Virus record (IMG/VR): IMGVR_UViG_3300034375_006485
DNA from: an uncultured virus (IMG/VR IMGVR_UViG_3300034375_006485)
Taxonomy: Duplodnaviria > Heunggongvirae > Uroviricota > Caudoviricetes
Length of the DNA: 20,000 nucleotides
Reading direction: 5' to 3' (one strand)
Shown: positions 1 to 9,447 of the stretch, one piece after another
How the letters are laid out: every line of letters starts with the position of its first letter
Position numbering within the stretch: position 1 is the stretch's first letter
Translations under genes and position numbers: made by a program
The notes under the pieces: generated by a model
What the model was told of the DNA's origin: nothing
Database searches by the model: none
The model's input: the letters and a program-made list of their open reading frames with translations, nothing else

Positions 1-125
1 TAAATCATATTATTACTTAATAACTCATGACGTAAACTAATCTGAGAATATTGTGAAGGGTATGAAAATGCTTGTTTTCGATTATGAAAAGATCCAAGTA
101 ACCATTCTGTAAACTCCTCAATCAT
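1..125 (-). CDS. cpeT: CpeT/CpcT-like phycobiliprotein lyase, N-terminal part (runs off window)
   Basis: Manual translation MIEEFTEWLLGSFHNRKQAFSYPSQYSQISLRHELL...; the G.F.N..QA...P..Y..I.L.H pattern resembles T-type bilin lyases; start overlaps the ho1 stop (ATGA). Confidence 0.65.
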   Translation of the reverse strand, partial: MIEEFTEWLLGSFHNRKQAFSYPSQYSQISLRHELLSNNMI

Positions 126-817
126 TCAGTACTACCTCTTCTTTGATGACGTATTAATGTAGAAAATAATACCTTACCAATAGCAGATATTAGATTACCT
201 TCAATTTCATTAAAGACATTCATATTTAGTTTGAATGCTAGATTAGCTTCTTTGATAATCTCATCGATTTCATTTTGATCGAAAGGAAGAGTATCTAATA
301 CATCTCTATAATCTCCCTTAAAAACTTTTTCATCTTTAATATCTTTAAAAATATAAAAGTTCATCCCAACATCAGGAACTTTTAAAGCAGATTGAGCAAT
401 ATTTTTCAATACTTGTCCACCAGAAAGATCGCCAATATACCTAGTATAATGATGTGCAATCAATAAGTCTTGATTTTCATTAGATACCTCTTTAATCCTG
501 GCAACATATTCTTTGCAAGATTTTGTTTGAGTAATCCTTTCTTTCCAATCATATCCTAGATAATATTCTAAATCTTTTTCTAAAGATTTTTTTCTGAAGA
601 GTTGTGGAAAATAAATGTTTGACACAATCATATCATCTTTGTGTCTTTCAAACTCTTCTTCCATCGCGGAATAGATATGGTACAAGTCTGATAGTAATCT
701 TACATAAGATTTCTTTTCAACCACACCTTTGAGAAAACAGGTAATGAAACCTGTATTCTCTGCCATAGTGTGAGATTTTTTAGTACCTTCTCTTATTTGT
801 TGTGATAGGTTAGACAT
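122..817 (-). CDS. ho1: Heme oxygenase (cyanobacterial Ho1-type auxiliary metabolic gene)
   Basis: REGTKKSHTMAENTGF (proximal His) and AHHYTRYIGDLSGGQ distal-helix signature; cyanobacterial-type C-terminus RRGSTE. Confidence 0.95.
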   Translation of the reverse strand: MSNLSQQIREGTKKSHTMAENTGFITCFLKGVVEKKSYVRLLSDLYHIYSAMEEEFERHKDDMIVSNIYFPQLFRKKSLEKDLEYYLGYDWKERITQTKSCKEYVARIKEVSNENQDLLIAHHYTRYIGDLSGGQVLKNIAQSALKVPDVGMNFYIFKDIKDEKVFKGDYRDVLDTLPFDQNEIDEIIKEANLAFKLNMNVFNEIEGNLISAIGKVLFSTLIRHQRRGSTE

Positions 818-822
818 AAGCT

Positions 823-2592
823 CTACTTGGTATTAGAATCCGACACCTTTCCAAGATATGGATCATAATCAGTAATCATGTTTACATCAATATCTGATCC
901 GTTCGCTTTCCAGAAGTTTAAAACTCCTCGATAAGAAGCTTTATGGAATTTATCAACATGATCTGGGTGGATTGTCGATCCTAGGTCTGTTTTATAAAGT
1001 AAAAGTGGAGTGGCGTAAGTCGCACCAGAGTTGTAGATTAGATCATCTGCAACAGGTCTTGGTTTAACACCATTGTCAAGTTTATATTTAGCGCCTCTCA
1101 CATGATTTTTTATGATTTTTTCTGCATGATGCCTTGTAATGACATAACATGCGGTTGAAAAATCATTAACAAACCTGTTATGTACGGGAACTACGATATT
1201 ACCAGTACAAATAATAGCTAGTTGTAAAACATCCCAAGAGTAAGGTGCTTTAGCAATAAAGTCTTGCCAAGTAAAGTTCCAATAGAGAACAGTCTCTAAA
1301 CTACAATCATCTTCCATGATGACTGCATAAGGAGAATCTGATGTTTCATACCAATGTTTGATTGCTTTAATATGAGAAGTAACACATCCAATCTCACCTG
1401 ATGACATCATCGGAGGATAAGTTCCTTTGATAATATCACTTAGATCATCTTCTCTACCATCGTATGCAGAGATACGCTCATAGTTTTCAATTTCCCAATA
1501 CTTAAACTGATCTTCCATCCACTTACGACGCTCAGGTTGACCATCTAGATTTAGATAATAGATAGGACCAAAGTTTTTAAGTTTGTAAGCTGCTTTGTTT
1601 TTTTCTGAGAAATCAAAATCCAACTCCATTTTTTCCTCTTCTTTAGGAACATAAGATTCAATAAGTTTTTCCATGAAGGGAATGTGATATTTCTCTAGAG
1701 TATTTTTCCACTCAAACTGTTTTGCATACTCTAGGATTTCTTGACGATTAGCGACTGAATACTCTCTGTTCTTGATGATTTCGGATTCAACATATTCAAT
1801 GTCGTTGATTTTATCTTCAGGGATTACAGTAATAAATCCTCTATCAATATCAAGATTTGCTTTACCCCATTCGCTAACAACAACACCTAGTCCTGCAGCG
1901 AATGCTTCCATACACACTAATGGATGAGCTTCTCCATCAGAAAGAAGAACTAGATTTCCATATTCAGTCAACTCATCATATAGAGTTTCTTTAGTCCATT
2001 CCCCAAGATAGTTTTTGTTAATATCAAACTTTTTATCATCAACAATACCAGCATAATAAAGAGAACTAATAGACTGGAATAGATGCTGTCGTTTCCGATA
2101 GTCTACCTTTGCGACATAAATGCTTTTATCACTTTGTTTTGGTTCTTCAGTTACTCTAAAGTTTTTCGAGTTTACGCCATTAGGAGTAACGAATACTTGA
2201 TCTTCTGGAATATTATTATTGACGTATACTTCTTTAATGCCTTCAGAAAGAGCAAATACATTTGGTTTGTAAACCTTGAATGCATCTAGTACAGCTCGAT
2301 AACCGCCAATCTTTTCTGGTTGCTCAAGATATGCATAATGTGTTGTAATCGCTGTCGGATATTTAAGATGGGGATATAGTCCGACCATATTGTCAAACTC
2401 GATATGAACAAAATCTGGATTAAACTCATCAATCTGCTTAATCGCATCAGATCCATTTGTAGTATTGACAATCTGAACTTCATGTCCAAGTTCTTCATAG
2501 CAACACTTCATGTCCCAAATAAGAATTTCTACAGCACCCCACCCTTTAGGTGGAATAGGCATCACGCCAGGACCTACGATTGATACTTTCAT
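823..2592 (-). CDS. Two-domain glycosyltransferase: N-terminal GT4-like plus C-terminal GT25-like
   Basis: N-terminal IPPKGWGAVE and EAHPLVCMEAFAAG (EX7E, GT4); C-terminal YYLNLDGQPERR, GEIGCVTSH, VIMEDD (GT25). Confidence 0.85.
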   Translation of the reverse strand: MKVSIVGPGVMPIPPKGWGAVEILIWDMKCCYEELGHEVQIVNTTNGSDAIKQIDEFNPDFVHIEFDNMVGLYPHLKYPTAITTHYAYLEQPEKIGGYRAVLDAFKVYKPNVFALSEGIKEVYVNNNIPEDQVFVTPNGVNSKNFRVTEEPKQSDKSIYVAKVDYRKRQHLFQSISSLYYAGIVDDKKFDINKNYLGEWTKETLYDELTEYGNLVLLSDGEAHPLVCMEAFAAGLGVVVSEWGKANLDIDRGFITVIPEDKINDIEYVESEIIKNREYSVANRQEILEYAKQFEWKNTLEKYHIPFMEKLIESYVPKEEEKMELDFDFSEKNKAAYKLKNFGPIYYLNLDGQPERRKWMEDQFKYWEIENYERISAYDGREDDLSDIIKGTYPPMMSSGEIGCVTSHIKAIKHWYETSDSPYAVIMEDDCSLETVLYWNFTWQDFIAKAPYSWDVLQLAIICTGNIVVPVHNRFVNDFSTACYVITRHHAEKIIKNHVRGAKYKLDNGVKPRPVADDLIYNSGATYATPLLLYKTDLGSTIHPDHVDKFHKASYRGVLNFWKANGSDIDVNMITDYDPYLGKVSDSNTK

Positions 2593-2711
2593 TCTACTTC
2601 TCCCATGTCATAGTCACACATTTCCTTTACAAGATCTTCAAAAGAATATTTTGGATCCCAGTTTAGAGTTTTTTTGGCAAAACTGGGATCTCCAACAAGA
2701 GTATTTATCTC
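2589..2711 (-). pseudogene. gmd: 3'-terminal remnant of a second GDP-mannose 4,6-dehydratase gene
   Basis: The apparent intergenic DNA translates as EINTLVGDPSFAKKTLNWDPKYSFEDLVKEMCDYDMGEVE*, collinear with the intact Gmd C-terminus [36 protein letters not shown]; preceded by an in-frame stop, no 5' start codon. Confidence 0.8.
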
Positions 2712-3517
2712 TTAGATAACTCCTGAATAAACTCGTAGTCTCTATGCTTTCCAGCATGATTTTCAAAGGCAATAAACATATCTGGATTATTTTTATAAAC
2801 ATATGCCATAGCACTTTGCTCATTGTTGATTAGATTGTTAGCGATCATTTTGTTTTGAAGGACATCATCTACAAGATCACAGAACTTACTCATGACTTCT
2901 GCTCCTCCACACCAAAGACCTCCCATTACCCACGTTCTACCATCCCACAAATCTTCTAAGGTATATGATTTAGCATTAACCAAATCTCCATAGTAAGACA
3001 TGAAGGTTTGTATTATAACATGGTCTTTGCAATCTAGCAATGTTTCCATGGCAGTCTGTGATGGATACTCCAAATCCATGCCAAAGAAAAATCTAGATAG
3101 ACCAGCATCCATCCACATAAAAAGTTCAGTATTAAAGGGATTGTCGGAAATAATCCGATTTACCCATCGAAACTTAGAATAGATAACTGAGTTATAAAGA
3201 GCTAGTTTACATTCTACTCTGTTGGGAGCTTGAACTTTTTCCTTAAAGTTATCAGAGTTTAAAATACCATCAATCTTCTCAGTTAAATGATAGTAAGGAA
3301 TATCTTCCAATGCTTGGGTGATTATCTTTGTAGGCAACCCTTCCCTACATTTTTCTACAAATGAAACAAGAGACTCTTCTACAAAGATTACCATCGGTCT
3401 GGTAACTTTTAGAGTTTCTTCAAACCAAGAAAGATATTCTTGAAACTTTCTACCATCTCCATCTTGTTCTCTATTGATATCATAAAGAGCAGTTACTATT
3501 GTGATAGAATCAGACAT
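2705..3517 (-). CDS. HtrL/YibB (WlaTC)-like glycosyltransferase-related protein
   Basis: TIVTALYDINRE N-terminus, NPFNTELFMWMDAG, NNEQ motifs; island context. Confidence 0.7.
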   Translation of the reverse strand: MSDSITIVTALYDINREQDGDGRKFQEYLSWFEETLKVTRPMVIFVEESLVSFVEKCREGLPTKIITQALEDIPYYHLTEKIDGILNSDNFKEKVQAPNRVECKLALYNSVIYSKFRWVNRIISDNPFNTELFMWMDAGLSRFFFGMDLEYPSQTAMETLLDCKDHVIIQTFMSYYGDLVNAKSYTLEDLWDGRTWVMGGLWCGGAEVMSKFCDLVDDVLQNKMIANNLINNEQSAMAYVYKNNPDMFIAFENHAGKHRDYEFIQELSKR

Positions 3518-4226
3518 GATATTTTGAATTATTTTTACTTAAATGAACAATCTTAGGTTCAAAATCACAGTATTGACCGAACATTTCTGGGTATGCAAAC
3601 TGTGGTCCTAAGACATTTGTATTATCTCGGTTTTCTATAAGAAACTTATTAAGGTGACTTTCATCATGCCACTGAGCAATTACATCATTATCTAAATCTA
3701 TTTGAACTCGACGATCGAGTTCACAAATAAGATTCATAATCTTTGAAGACTTTCCTCCCCATAAGCATCCTTGGAAATACACAGATAAATCATCATCCTC
3801 TGAAATGGCAGATGTAGATTTTTTATTCGTCTCAAACGCACCAAACTTCTGATTATGTGGGGGCATCTTAAGAAAATGGCAAGGATGATGAACACCAAAG
3901 AAATCTTTAGTATCATCAAAGAACTCTTCTTCAGTTACAGTATCTACAACTAAAGCATCCGCATCAATAAAAACAAACCAATCTGTTTCTGAGATTACAT
4001 CTTTTGCTTTTTGAATAATCTCAAATCTTTTTAGTGTGATATAAGGCCATTCAATATGCTCATAGTCATAGGTATTAATATCTTCAGGAAAATCTCCATC
4101 ACCATCAGTAAAAACTAAAAACTGTTTTTCGGTATTAGGCAAAAAATATTCATGAATATTTTCATAGTATCTGGGAAGAAAGTTTAAATACTTTCCTGTT
4201 CCAATAAAACAAATAGCAACTTTCAT
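3510..4226 (-). CDS. Glycosyltransferase family 6 (ABO-type alpha-1,3-Gal/GalNAc transferase family)
   Basis: IGTGKY, VFTD, FIDAD (DXD), YFQGCLWGG, WHDESHLNKF signature. Confidence 0.9.
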   Translation of the reverse strand: MKVAICFIGTGKYLNFLPRYYENIHEYFLPNTEKQFLVFTDGDGDFPEDINTYDYEHIEWPYITLKRFEIIQKAKDVISETDWFVFIDADALVVDTVTEEEFFDDTKDFFGVHHPCHFLKMPPHNQKFGAFETNKKSTSAISEDDDLSVYFQGCLWGGKSSKIMNLICELDRRVQIDLDNDVIAQWHDESHLNKFLIENRDNTNVLGPQFAYPEMFGQYCDFEPKIVHLSKNNSKYHV

Positions 4227-4852
4227 CGTTTTAAAAAATCATAGTTTACATGTTTACCTGCAATGTCAGAGAAGTCACTTCTTTGCCATGCCAAATGAGG
4301 TCTGAAAATATAAGTCCTTAAGTAAGATTGCAGTTTTGTATATATTACATCTAATGGTCCTTCCATCTTAGACACAAAATCAATAAGCAGATCATAGCAA
4401 CTACTGTTTATTGCATATGCATGAGTAGCGTGAGCATTATAAACTTTATATACATGATCCGTTACTTTGATTGGCGGTCTATTCATGTATGGATAGCATA
4501 ATGCATGAGTAGCACCAAGATATAAAATATCCCATTCAGGAACTTCTTTTATATACTCTGAGAAAAGTTTATCAAAGTTTGAACAAAACTCAACATCATC
4601 TTCTAAGATCAAAACATTTGACACATTATCTTCTTTACACTTTTTTAAAATGTTTAAATGTGAAAGAAGACACCCTACTTCTCCATGACTCATTTTTCCA
4701 ACACGATCATGTTTAGTGCCATCTACGGCTTCATACCTTTCAACATTAATATTATATTGAGAGAATACTTCTTTACAAATATCCCATCGTTCTGGTCTTC
4801 GTTCTAGATTGACACAATAGATTTTTTCAAAGCAGTCATTAAGAGTTTTCAT
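4223..4852 (-). CDS. Glycosyltransferase family 25
   Basis: YCVNLERRPERW, EAVDG, GEVGCLLSH, LILEDD, THAYAI motifs. Confidence 0.85.
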   Translation of the reverse strand: MKTLNDCFEKIYCVNLERRPERWDICKEVFSQYNINVERYEAVDGTKHDRVGKMSHGEVGCLLSHLNILKKCKEDNVSNVLILEDDVEFCSNFDKLFSEYIKEVPEWDILYLGATHALCYPYMNRPPIKVTDHVYKVYNAHATHAYAINSSCYDLLIDFVSKMEGPLDVIYTKLQSYLRTYIFRPHLAWQRSDFSDIAGKHVNYDFLKR

Positions 4853-5507
4853 CGTATCTTGTTAAATATTTTCTAAAAATAGAAGATCCTGCATTAAATT
4901 TTACTGCTTGAGTAAACAAATCTTTTTGCCCACGATCATGGGCACTAATGTTATTATAGATTCTAATATATCCCTTCTTTGATTTGCTGTTTAACTCTTC
5001 AATATTATCCAAGTATCTTTGCCAATTTGGACGCTCTACAATATCATTACTGTCTAGTATTTTTTTAATACAGTCTGGTTGCAACTCAAGATTAATCAGA
5101 TCTTCATAGTAAATAAAAGTTGCTTGATTTTTGCTCCAGTCATAATAACGAAGAAGATTGCAATAATCTTTTATTTGATCATTTAAAGATCTAGATGATC
5201 CTCTCTTTGAATGAGAAACAATAGCATCATAATAATCTCTAATAATAAGAGTTACTTTTGAATCTTTGATAAGTTCTTTTTCATTGAGTGTTGGATCTAC
5301 CAAATGAAACTTCCTAAGAATCGGAGGATTCTTAGGTTTAACTTCTAGGTTTCCACCAACCAGATAGTCGATTGCACTATCTGGAATGTCTTCATTAAAA
5401 TCAACAACAACCCTTTCGGTAATGTATTCAATCAAAAACCTCAATAAAGTATTACCACTTCTAGGGTAAGATATTAAACAGTTTGGTTCACTCATAACAC
5501 AATCCAA
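4839..5507 (-). CDS. Putative sulfotransferase (P-loop, PAPS-dependent); start may be slightly downstream (MSEPN)
   Basis: SYPRSGNTLLR 5'-PSB motif, IIRD...AIVS 3'-PB motif, YEDL. Confidence 0.7.
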   Translation of the reverse strand: MDCVMSEPNCLISYPRSGNTLLRFLIEYITERVVVDFNEDIPDSAIDYLVGGNLEVKPKNPPILRKFHLVDPTLNEKELIKDSKVTLIIRDYYDAIVSHSKRGSSRSLNDQIKDYCNLLRYYDWSKNQATFIYYEDLINLELQPDCIKKILDSNDIVERPNWQRYLDNIEELNSKSKKGYIRIYNNISAHDRGQKDLFTQAVKFNAGSSIFRKYLTRYDENS

Positions 5508-6280
5508 TCACTACAATATATATCCTTAGTTTCAAGGTGTGCATTATTTGGACCAAACCATTCCTTAGGAGCAACAATAGTTTTTGCCTCCGATATATAA
5601 GCTCCCCACCAACTAAAAGTACTACTAGCAGTAATGATATATTGACACTTTGTCATCAGACATAGGTCAAGATATGCATCATCAGTTTCAGAAACTAAGA
5701 ACCTATCAGAAGAAAAAATAGATTGCTTTTTGCACCATGCAGGATCATCAGAAAAGATTAGAACCTCACAATCTCCAGGAATCTGATTCAAAGCTAGTTG
5801 AAAATAGTTTTCATTCTGAGAGTTATGACTCGGATTATTTACATAATCAGTTCTTCTAATGTGAATAGCGGCAACGTTTTCACTAAAAGAATCTCTTACT
5901 TCAGTTGCAACAGATTCATATTCCGATTTAAATTTAAAATCTTTTTTGATTTCATCTTTAATATGATCAAACCATTTAGCACTTTGAAAGAAACCAAATA
6001 AGTTTACGTTTCCTTCTGGTAGATTTTCAAATAACTCTGGATCAAATCCAAACCCTTTCTCCTGAACAGTAGGAAAATCAGAGATACCACGTTGGCAAAC
6101 AATGTCAAAGCAATCGTCAATATTACTTCTAAGTTTTGTATAATAATGTTTACCAAATACCTCAGTTGGAGGAATCATAAAATCCTTACCATGCTTTACA
6201 GCAATACCTTTAGTAGCTGCGTACTGGAACATTTGATTTCCCAAATGTCCATTATTACCAAGATGATTAAACGATATCAT
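5492..6280 (-). CDS. Glycosyltransferase family 11 (alpha-1,2-fucosyl/colitosyltransferase)
   Basis: GHLGNQMFQYA, GFFQS, HIRRTDY, FSDD, SSTFSWWGAY motifs. Confidence 0.9.
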   Translation of the reverse strand: MISFNHLGNNGHLGNQMFQYAATKGIAVKHGKDFMIPPTEVFGKHYYTKLRSNIDDCFDIVCQRGISDFPTVQEKGFGFDPELFENLPEGNVNLFGFFQSAKWFDHIKDEIKKDFKFKSEYESVATEVRDSFSENVAAIHIRRTDYVNNPSHNSQNENYFQLALNQIPGDCEVLIFSDDPAWCKKQSIFSSDRFLVSETDDAYLDLCLMTKCQYIITASSTFSWWGAYISEAKTIVAPKEWFGPNNAHLETKDIYCSDWIVL

Positions 6281-7076
6281 AGTTTTCTAAAATAAAATCT
6301 TCTAGCACTCCAATCTTTTTAACACGCTCTAGATTATCTTCTATAGCATCCATTTTATCATAATAGATTTCTTCAGAAACTTCAAACTCCTCAGTGAGTT
6401 CAATAATACCTTCTGCATTAAAATACTCACTGATAGAAGGAGATCCCATATAGACTGGAATAGTTCCAGTTGCAAAACAATCTAAAATCTTTTCAGTATG
6501 ATAGGAATCGTAGAATCCATTCTCAATCGCCACTGAAAACATATAATCACAAAGTCCTTCTTCTTTCAAAGGGATTTCATTAAATCCTCTACCAAAAAGA
6601 TCCACTTGATCACCAATCATATCAACCCATTTTAGTCTGAGTTTATGTCCTGGTGTACTATTTTTATTTGATGTAATAAAAGATAGCATCTTTGTTTTTG
6701 GATATACTTGTGGATCTTTAATCCAAGTTCCATTTGGAGGACACCATTTAAATCTCTCATCAAGATCCAATAGTTCTTTATTGTGAGTGAAAATATATCT
6801 AAAAACTTCTAGATATTCTTTATAATCTCTTTTTACATCATTAACAATATCTGGAGTAACATACTTTGACTCTAGCAACCACCCATATTTAATACCTTTT
6901 ACATTATCAGAGAATGCTTGTGTCATGCTCCGATCAACATAAAATGAAATCCCATTGCTATCATCAAAAACCCACTCTACAGTTTTTGCTTCTTTCCCAT
7001 GAACAGAGTATCCTTTATTTCCATGAGTGAGATGGGTAAAAGAATCTCCAACCAAATTTAACTTAGTTTTACTCAT
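6267..7076 (-). CDS. Glycosyltransferase family 10-like (alpha-1,3-fucosyltransferase motif); start set at MSKTK
   Basis: YMFSVAIEN...YHTEKILDCFATGTIPVYMG matches the GT10 motif. Confidence 0.75.
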   Translation of the reverse strand: MSKTKLNLVGDSFTHLTHGNKGYSVHGKEAKTVEWVFDDSNGISFYVDRSMTQAFSDNVKGIKYGWLLESKYVTPDIVNDVKRDYKEYLEVFRYIFTHNKELLDLDERFKWCPPNGTWIKDPQVYPKTKMLSFITSNKNSTPGHKLRLKWVDMIGDQVDLFGRGFNEIPLKEEGLCDYMFSVAIENGFYDSYHTEKILDCFATGTIPVYMGSPSISEYFNAEGIIELTEEFEVSEEIYYDKMDAIEDNLERVKKIGVLEDFILENYDIV

Positions 7077-7422
7077 CAAATACACCCTTGTAAAGTTTAA
7101 CACTATCTTCCCTGATAGGAGTTCCATTAACAATGGAATCTTCAACTAGAAGATTAATAGCTTGGACCAGTTTAGGTCTTTTTACTTTGAAGCAGATATC
7201 GATCTTTTTCTTTAGTTGAGCAATCTCTTCATCAGTTGTTGCTTCCTGAATGGCATCTTCTAACATCCAAGTTCTAATATGAAGAATAGCAAGTTTCTCC
7301 ACAACTTCCCCAAGATTATCTGTTGCAATATACTCAACATCAGGGATCTCTCTCTTGGAAAGAAATGTTTTAATAGTTTCTTGAAGACAATCTTCTAAAA
7401 GTGTTCCGAATGTAGTAATCAT
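7069..7422 (-). CDS. Hypothetical helical protein (DUF4254-like); start set at MITTF
   Basis: LGEVVEKLAILHIRTWMLED...KKKID...R pattern; tight operon packing. Confidence 0.5.
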   Translation of the reverse strand: MITTFGTLLEDCLQETIKTFLSKREIPDVEYIATDNLGEVVEKLAILHIRTWMLEDAIQEATTDEEIAQLKKKIDICFKVKRPKLVQAINLLVEDSIVNGTPIREDSVKLYKGVFDE

Positions 7423-7423
7423 T

Positions 7424-8290
7424 TTAGTACATAATAGGTTTTTTGATTTCAGTTTCAATCAAATCATATACAACATTTAAGTTGTGTTGATCTGTATTAA
7501 CTTGCTTTGCTACTGAGTTGTCATACCAAATGCCTTCACTAGGATACTTAGAAAAACTAATATAAGTTTTTGTCTTATCCAAAAGATTTTTTTTAGTATG
7601 TGTGTAGCAATATGGACCAGATGCCCTTCCAATTATTATATCACATGATATTGAAATATATGATATTAGGAGAAGGTCGCAATCGATATTACCAGTTATC
7701 TGAGGAACTCTGATAATGCTTTCATGATTTATCTTTGTTTTATTAGTCATCAAGAAAGCAACCTTAGGATATTCTTTAGCAAGGCGCTCTATAACTGGAT
7801 CAAAATCAAAGTTTTTAATCTGACCAGACATGCAATCATTATTACATACCAAAACTATTTTGTCATAACAGGCTCTTATTGTACACAAATCATTGATTAC
7901 ATTATCTGGAACATATGGATCCATATCAAAGAACTTTACTGTAGGCAAAAGATCTTCTTCATGATCATATTTAATGCCATAGTATTGAAAGATTTCATCT
8001 GCTAGAGGAACATATCCCCTAAAAGAACATGCATCTTTTTTAACAAACTTTGCTTTTTCTTTCCCAATCCAAGTGTTGATAAGATTTTCCTTATAGTTGT
8101 TTGCACCTCTTGGGATATGAATATTTGGGTTTGTGGGACCAGCATACAATCCTGGATAATCATTTAGAATTTTAGGATTCATTCTATGATAATACTTTAC
8201 ATCAAAATCATTTTTTAAAAACTGATCGATGATTATCCTAGAATAAAAAACATCACCATTATGAAAATCATTATAAAGTTTAATAGTCAT
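7424..8290 (-). CDS. Hypothetical protein, possibly GT-B fold glycosyltransferase
   Basis: 288-aa ORF overlapping neighbours; HNGD near the N-terminus and IIIGRASGP near the C-terminus are reminiscent of GT9-like folds. Confidence 0.5.
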   Translation of the reverse strand: MTIKLYNDFHNGDVFYSRIIIDQFLKNDFDVKYYHRMNPKILNDYPGLYAGPTNPNIHIPRGANNYKENLINTWIGKEKAKFVKKDACSFRGYVPLADEIFQYYGIKYDHEEDLLPTVKFFDMDPYVPDNVINDLCTIRACYDKIVLVCNNDCMSGQIKNFDFDPVIERLAKEYPKVAFLMTNKTKINHESIIRVPQITGNIDCDLLLISYISISCDIIIGRASGPYCYTHTKKNLLDKTKTYISFSKYPSEGIWYDNSVAKQVNTDQHNLNVVYDLIETEIKKPIMY

Positions 8291-9447
8291 AATACTTCTA
8301 AAATATCAGATAAAAGTTGTAGATGATCTGGACCAACAAACTGACTGTTACCAATATAAATCCCATTTTCATGAATAAGATCTACATTTAAAGTACCTTC
8401 TTTGTTACTGCAGATTTCATAGTTTAAGTATGGTTGTCGTAACAAGTTTCCACCAACAACTGGTCGATATTCAACTCCACGGTCAATAAGAAGATCAATA
8501 AGACGCTTCTTAACTTCAACCGTTTTACAGATTAATGGAAAGCAAAAAGAACTATTTCCAAGGTTATGTGCAATGGGGTAAAGTTTAGAGCAGTTGTTTA
8601 CAATATCAACATACTCATCATAGTTTTCTCTCCTAATATCAATAATTGTATCAAGACGTTTTAGTTGAGAAGATCCAAGCACGGCACCTAACTCAGTATT
8701 CCTAAAGTTATACCCATCAGTTACAAACAAAAAAGACTTTTCAATCTCTGGGTTTTGTTTAGAATAATAGTCAAAATGATCAGATGCTCTAGCAAGACCA
8801 TGCGTTCTTTTCATCTTCATCAGATCATATAGCTCACTATTGTTAGTAGAAATCATTCCACCTTCAATGGTTGACATATGGTGTCCAAAGTAAAAACTGA
8901 ACGTAGATCCTAGACTATTAGAACCAACTTTTTCTCCAAGTAGTTCACATCCATGAGATTCGCATACATCATCTAAAAAGATGGCGTCTGGAAAATAGGA
9001 CTTATATACAGGAACATTGGCAGGAATACCAAGCAAGTGTGTTACAAAAACTAACTTAATATCTGGATGTTGTTCTTTAACATACTGCAAGGATTCTAAA
9101 TCAAATCCATAATCTTCCAAACTAACGTCACAAAAAATAGGAGTAAGTCCAAGTTGAAAGATGGGATTAATATTTGTCACCCATGTACATGCTGGTAGCA
9201 AAACTTTATCTCCTCTCTTGAGTCCATAAAGTTCCATAACTGCAGCAATAAGAAGAAAGTTTGCCGTACTGCCAGAGGTTACATAAAGAGAATGTTTACA
9301 ACCTAACCAGTTAGACCACTCATCCTCAAACTTTTTTACTCTTTCTCCTTGAGTAAATCTATCTGACGTAAGAATAAACTTTGCTAATTTTAATCTGTCC
9401 ATAAAAGACAGAGTATTTTTCATCAATGGCCAGTTATACCCTTTCAT
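8287..9447 (-). CDS. colD: DegT/DnrJ-family PLP enzyme, ColD-like GDP-4-keto-6-deoxymannose 3-dehydratase
   Basis: VTSGSTAN, DDVCESHG and FSFYFGHHMSTIEGG, with His where DegT aminotransferases carry the Schiff-base Lys; adjacent to gmd and fcl. Confidence 0.75.
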   Translation of the reverse strand: MKGYNWPLMKNTLSFMDRLKLAKFILTSDRFTQGERVKKFEDEWSNWLGCKHSLYVTSGSTANFLLIAAVMELYGLKRGDKVLLPACTWVTNINPIFQLGLTPIFCDVSLEDYGFDLESLQYVKEQHPDIKLVFVTHLLGIPANVPVYKSYFPDAIFLDDVCESHGCELLGEKVGSNSLGSTFSFYFGHHMSTIEGGMISTNNSELYDLMKMKRTHGLARASDHFDYYSKQNPEIEKSFLFVTDGYNFRNTELGAVLGSSQLKRLDTIIDIRRENYDEYVDIVNNCSKLYPIAHNLGNSSFCFPLICKTVEVKKRLIDLLIDRGVEYRPVVGGNLLRQPYLNYEICSNKEGTLNVDLIHENGIYIGNSQFVGPDHLQLLSDILEVL

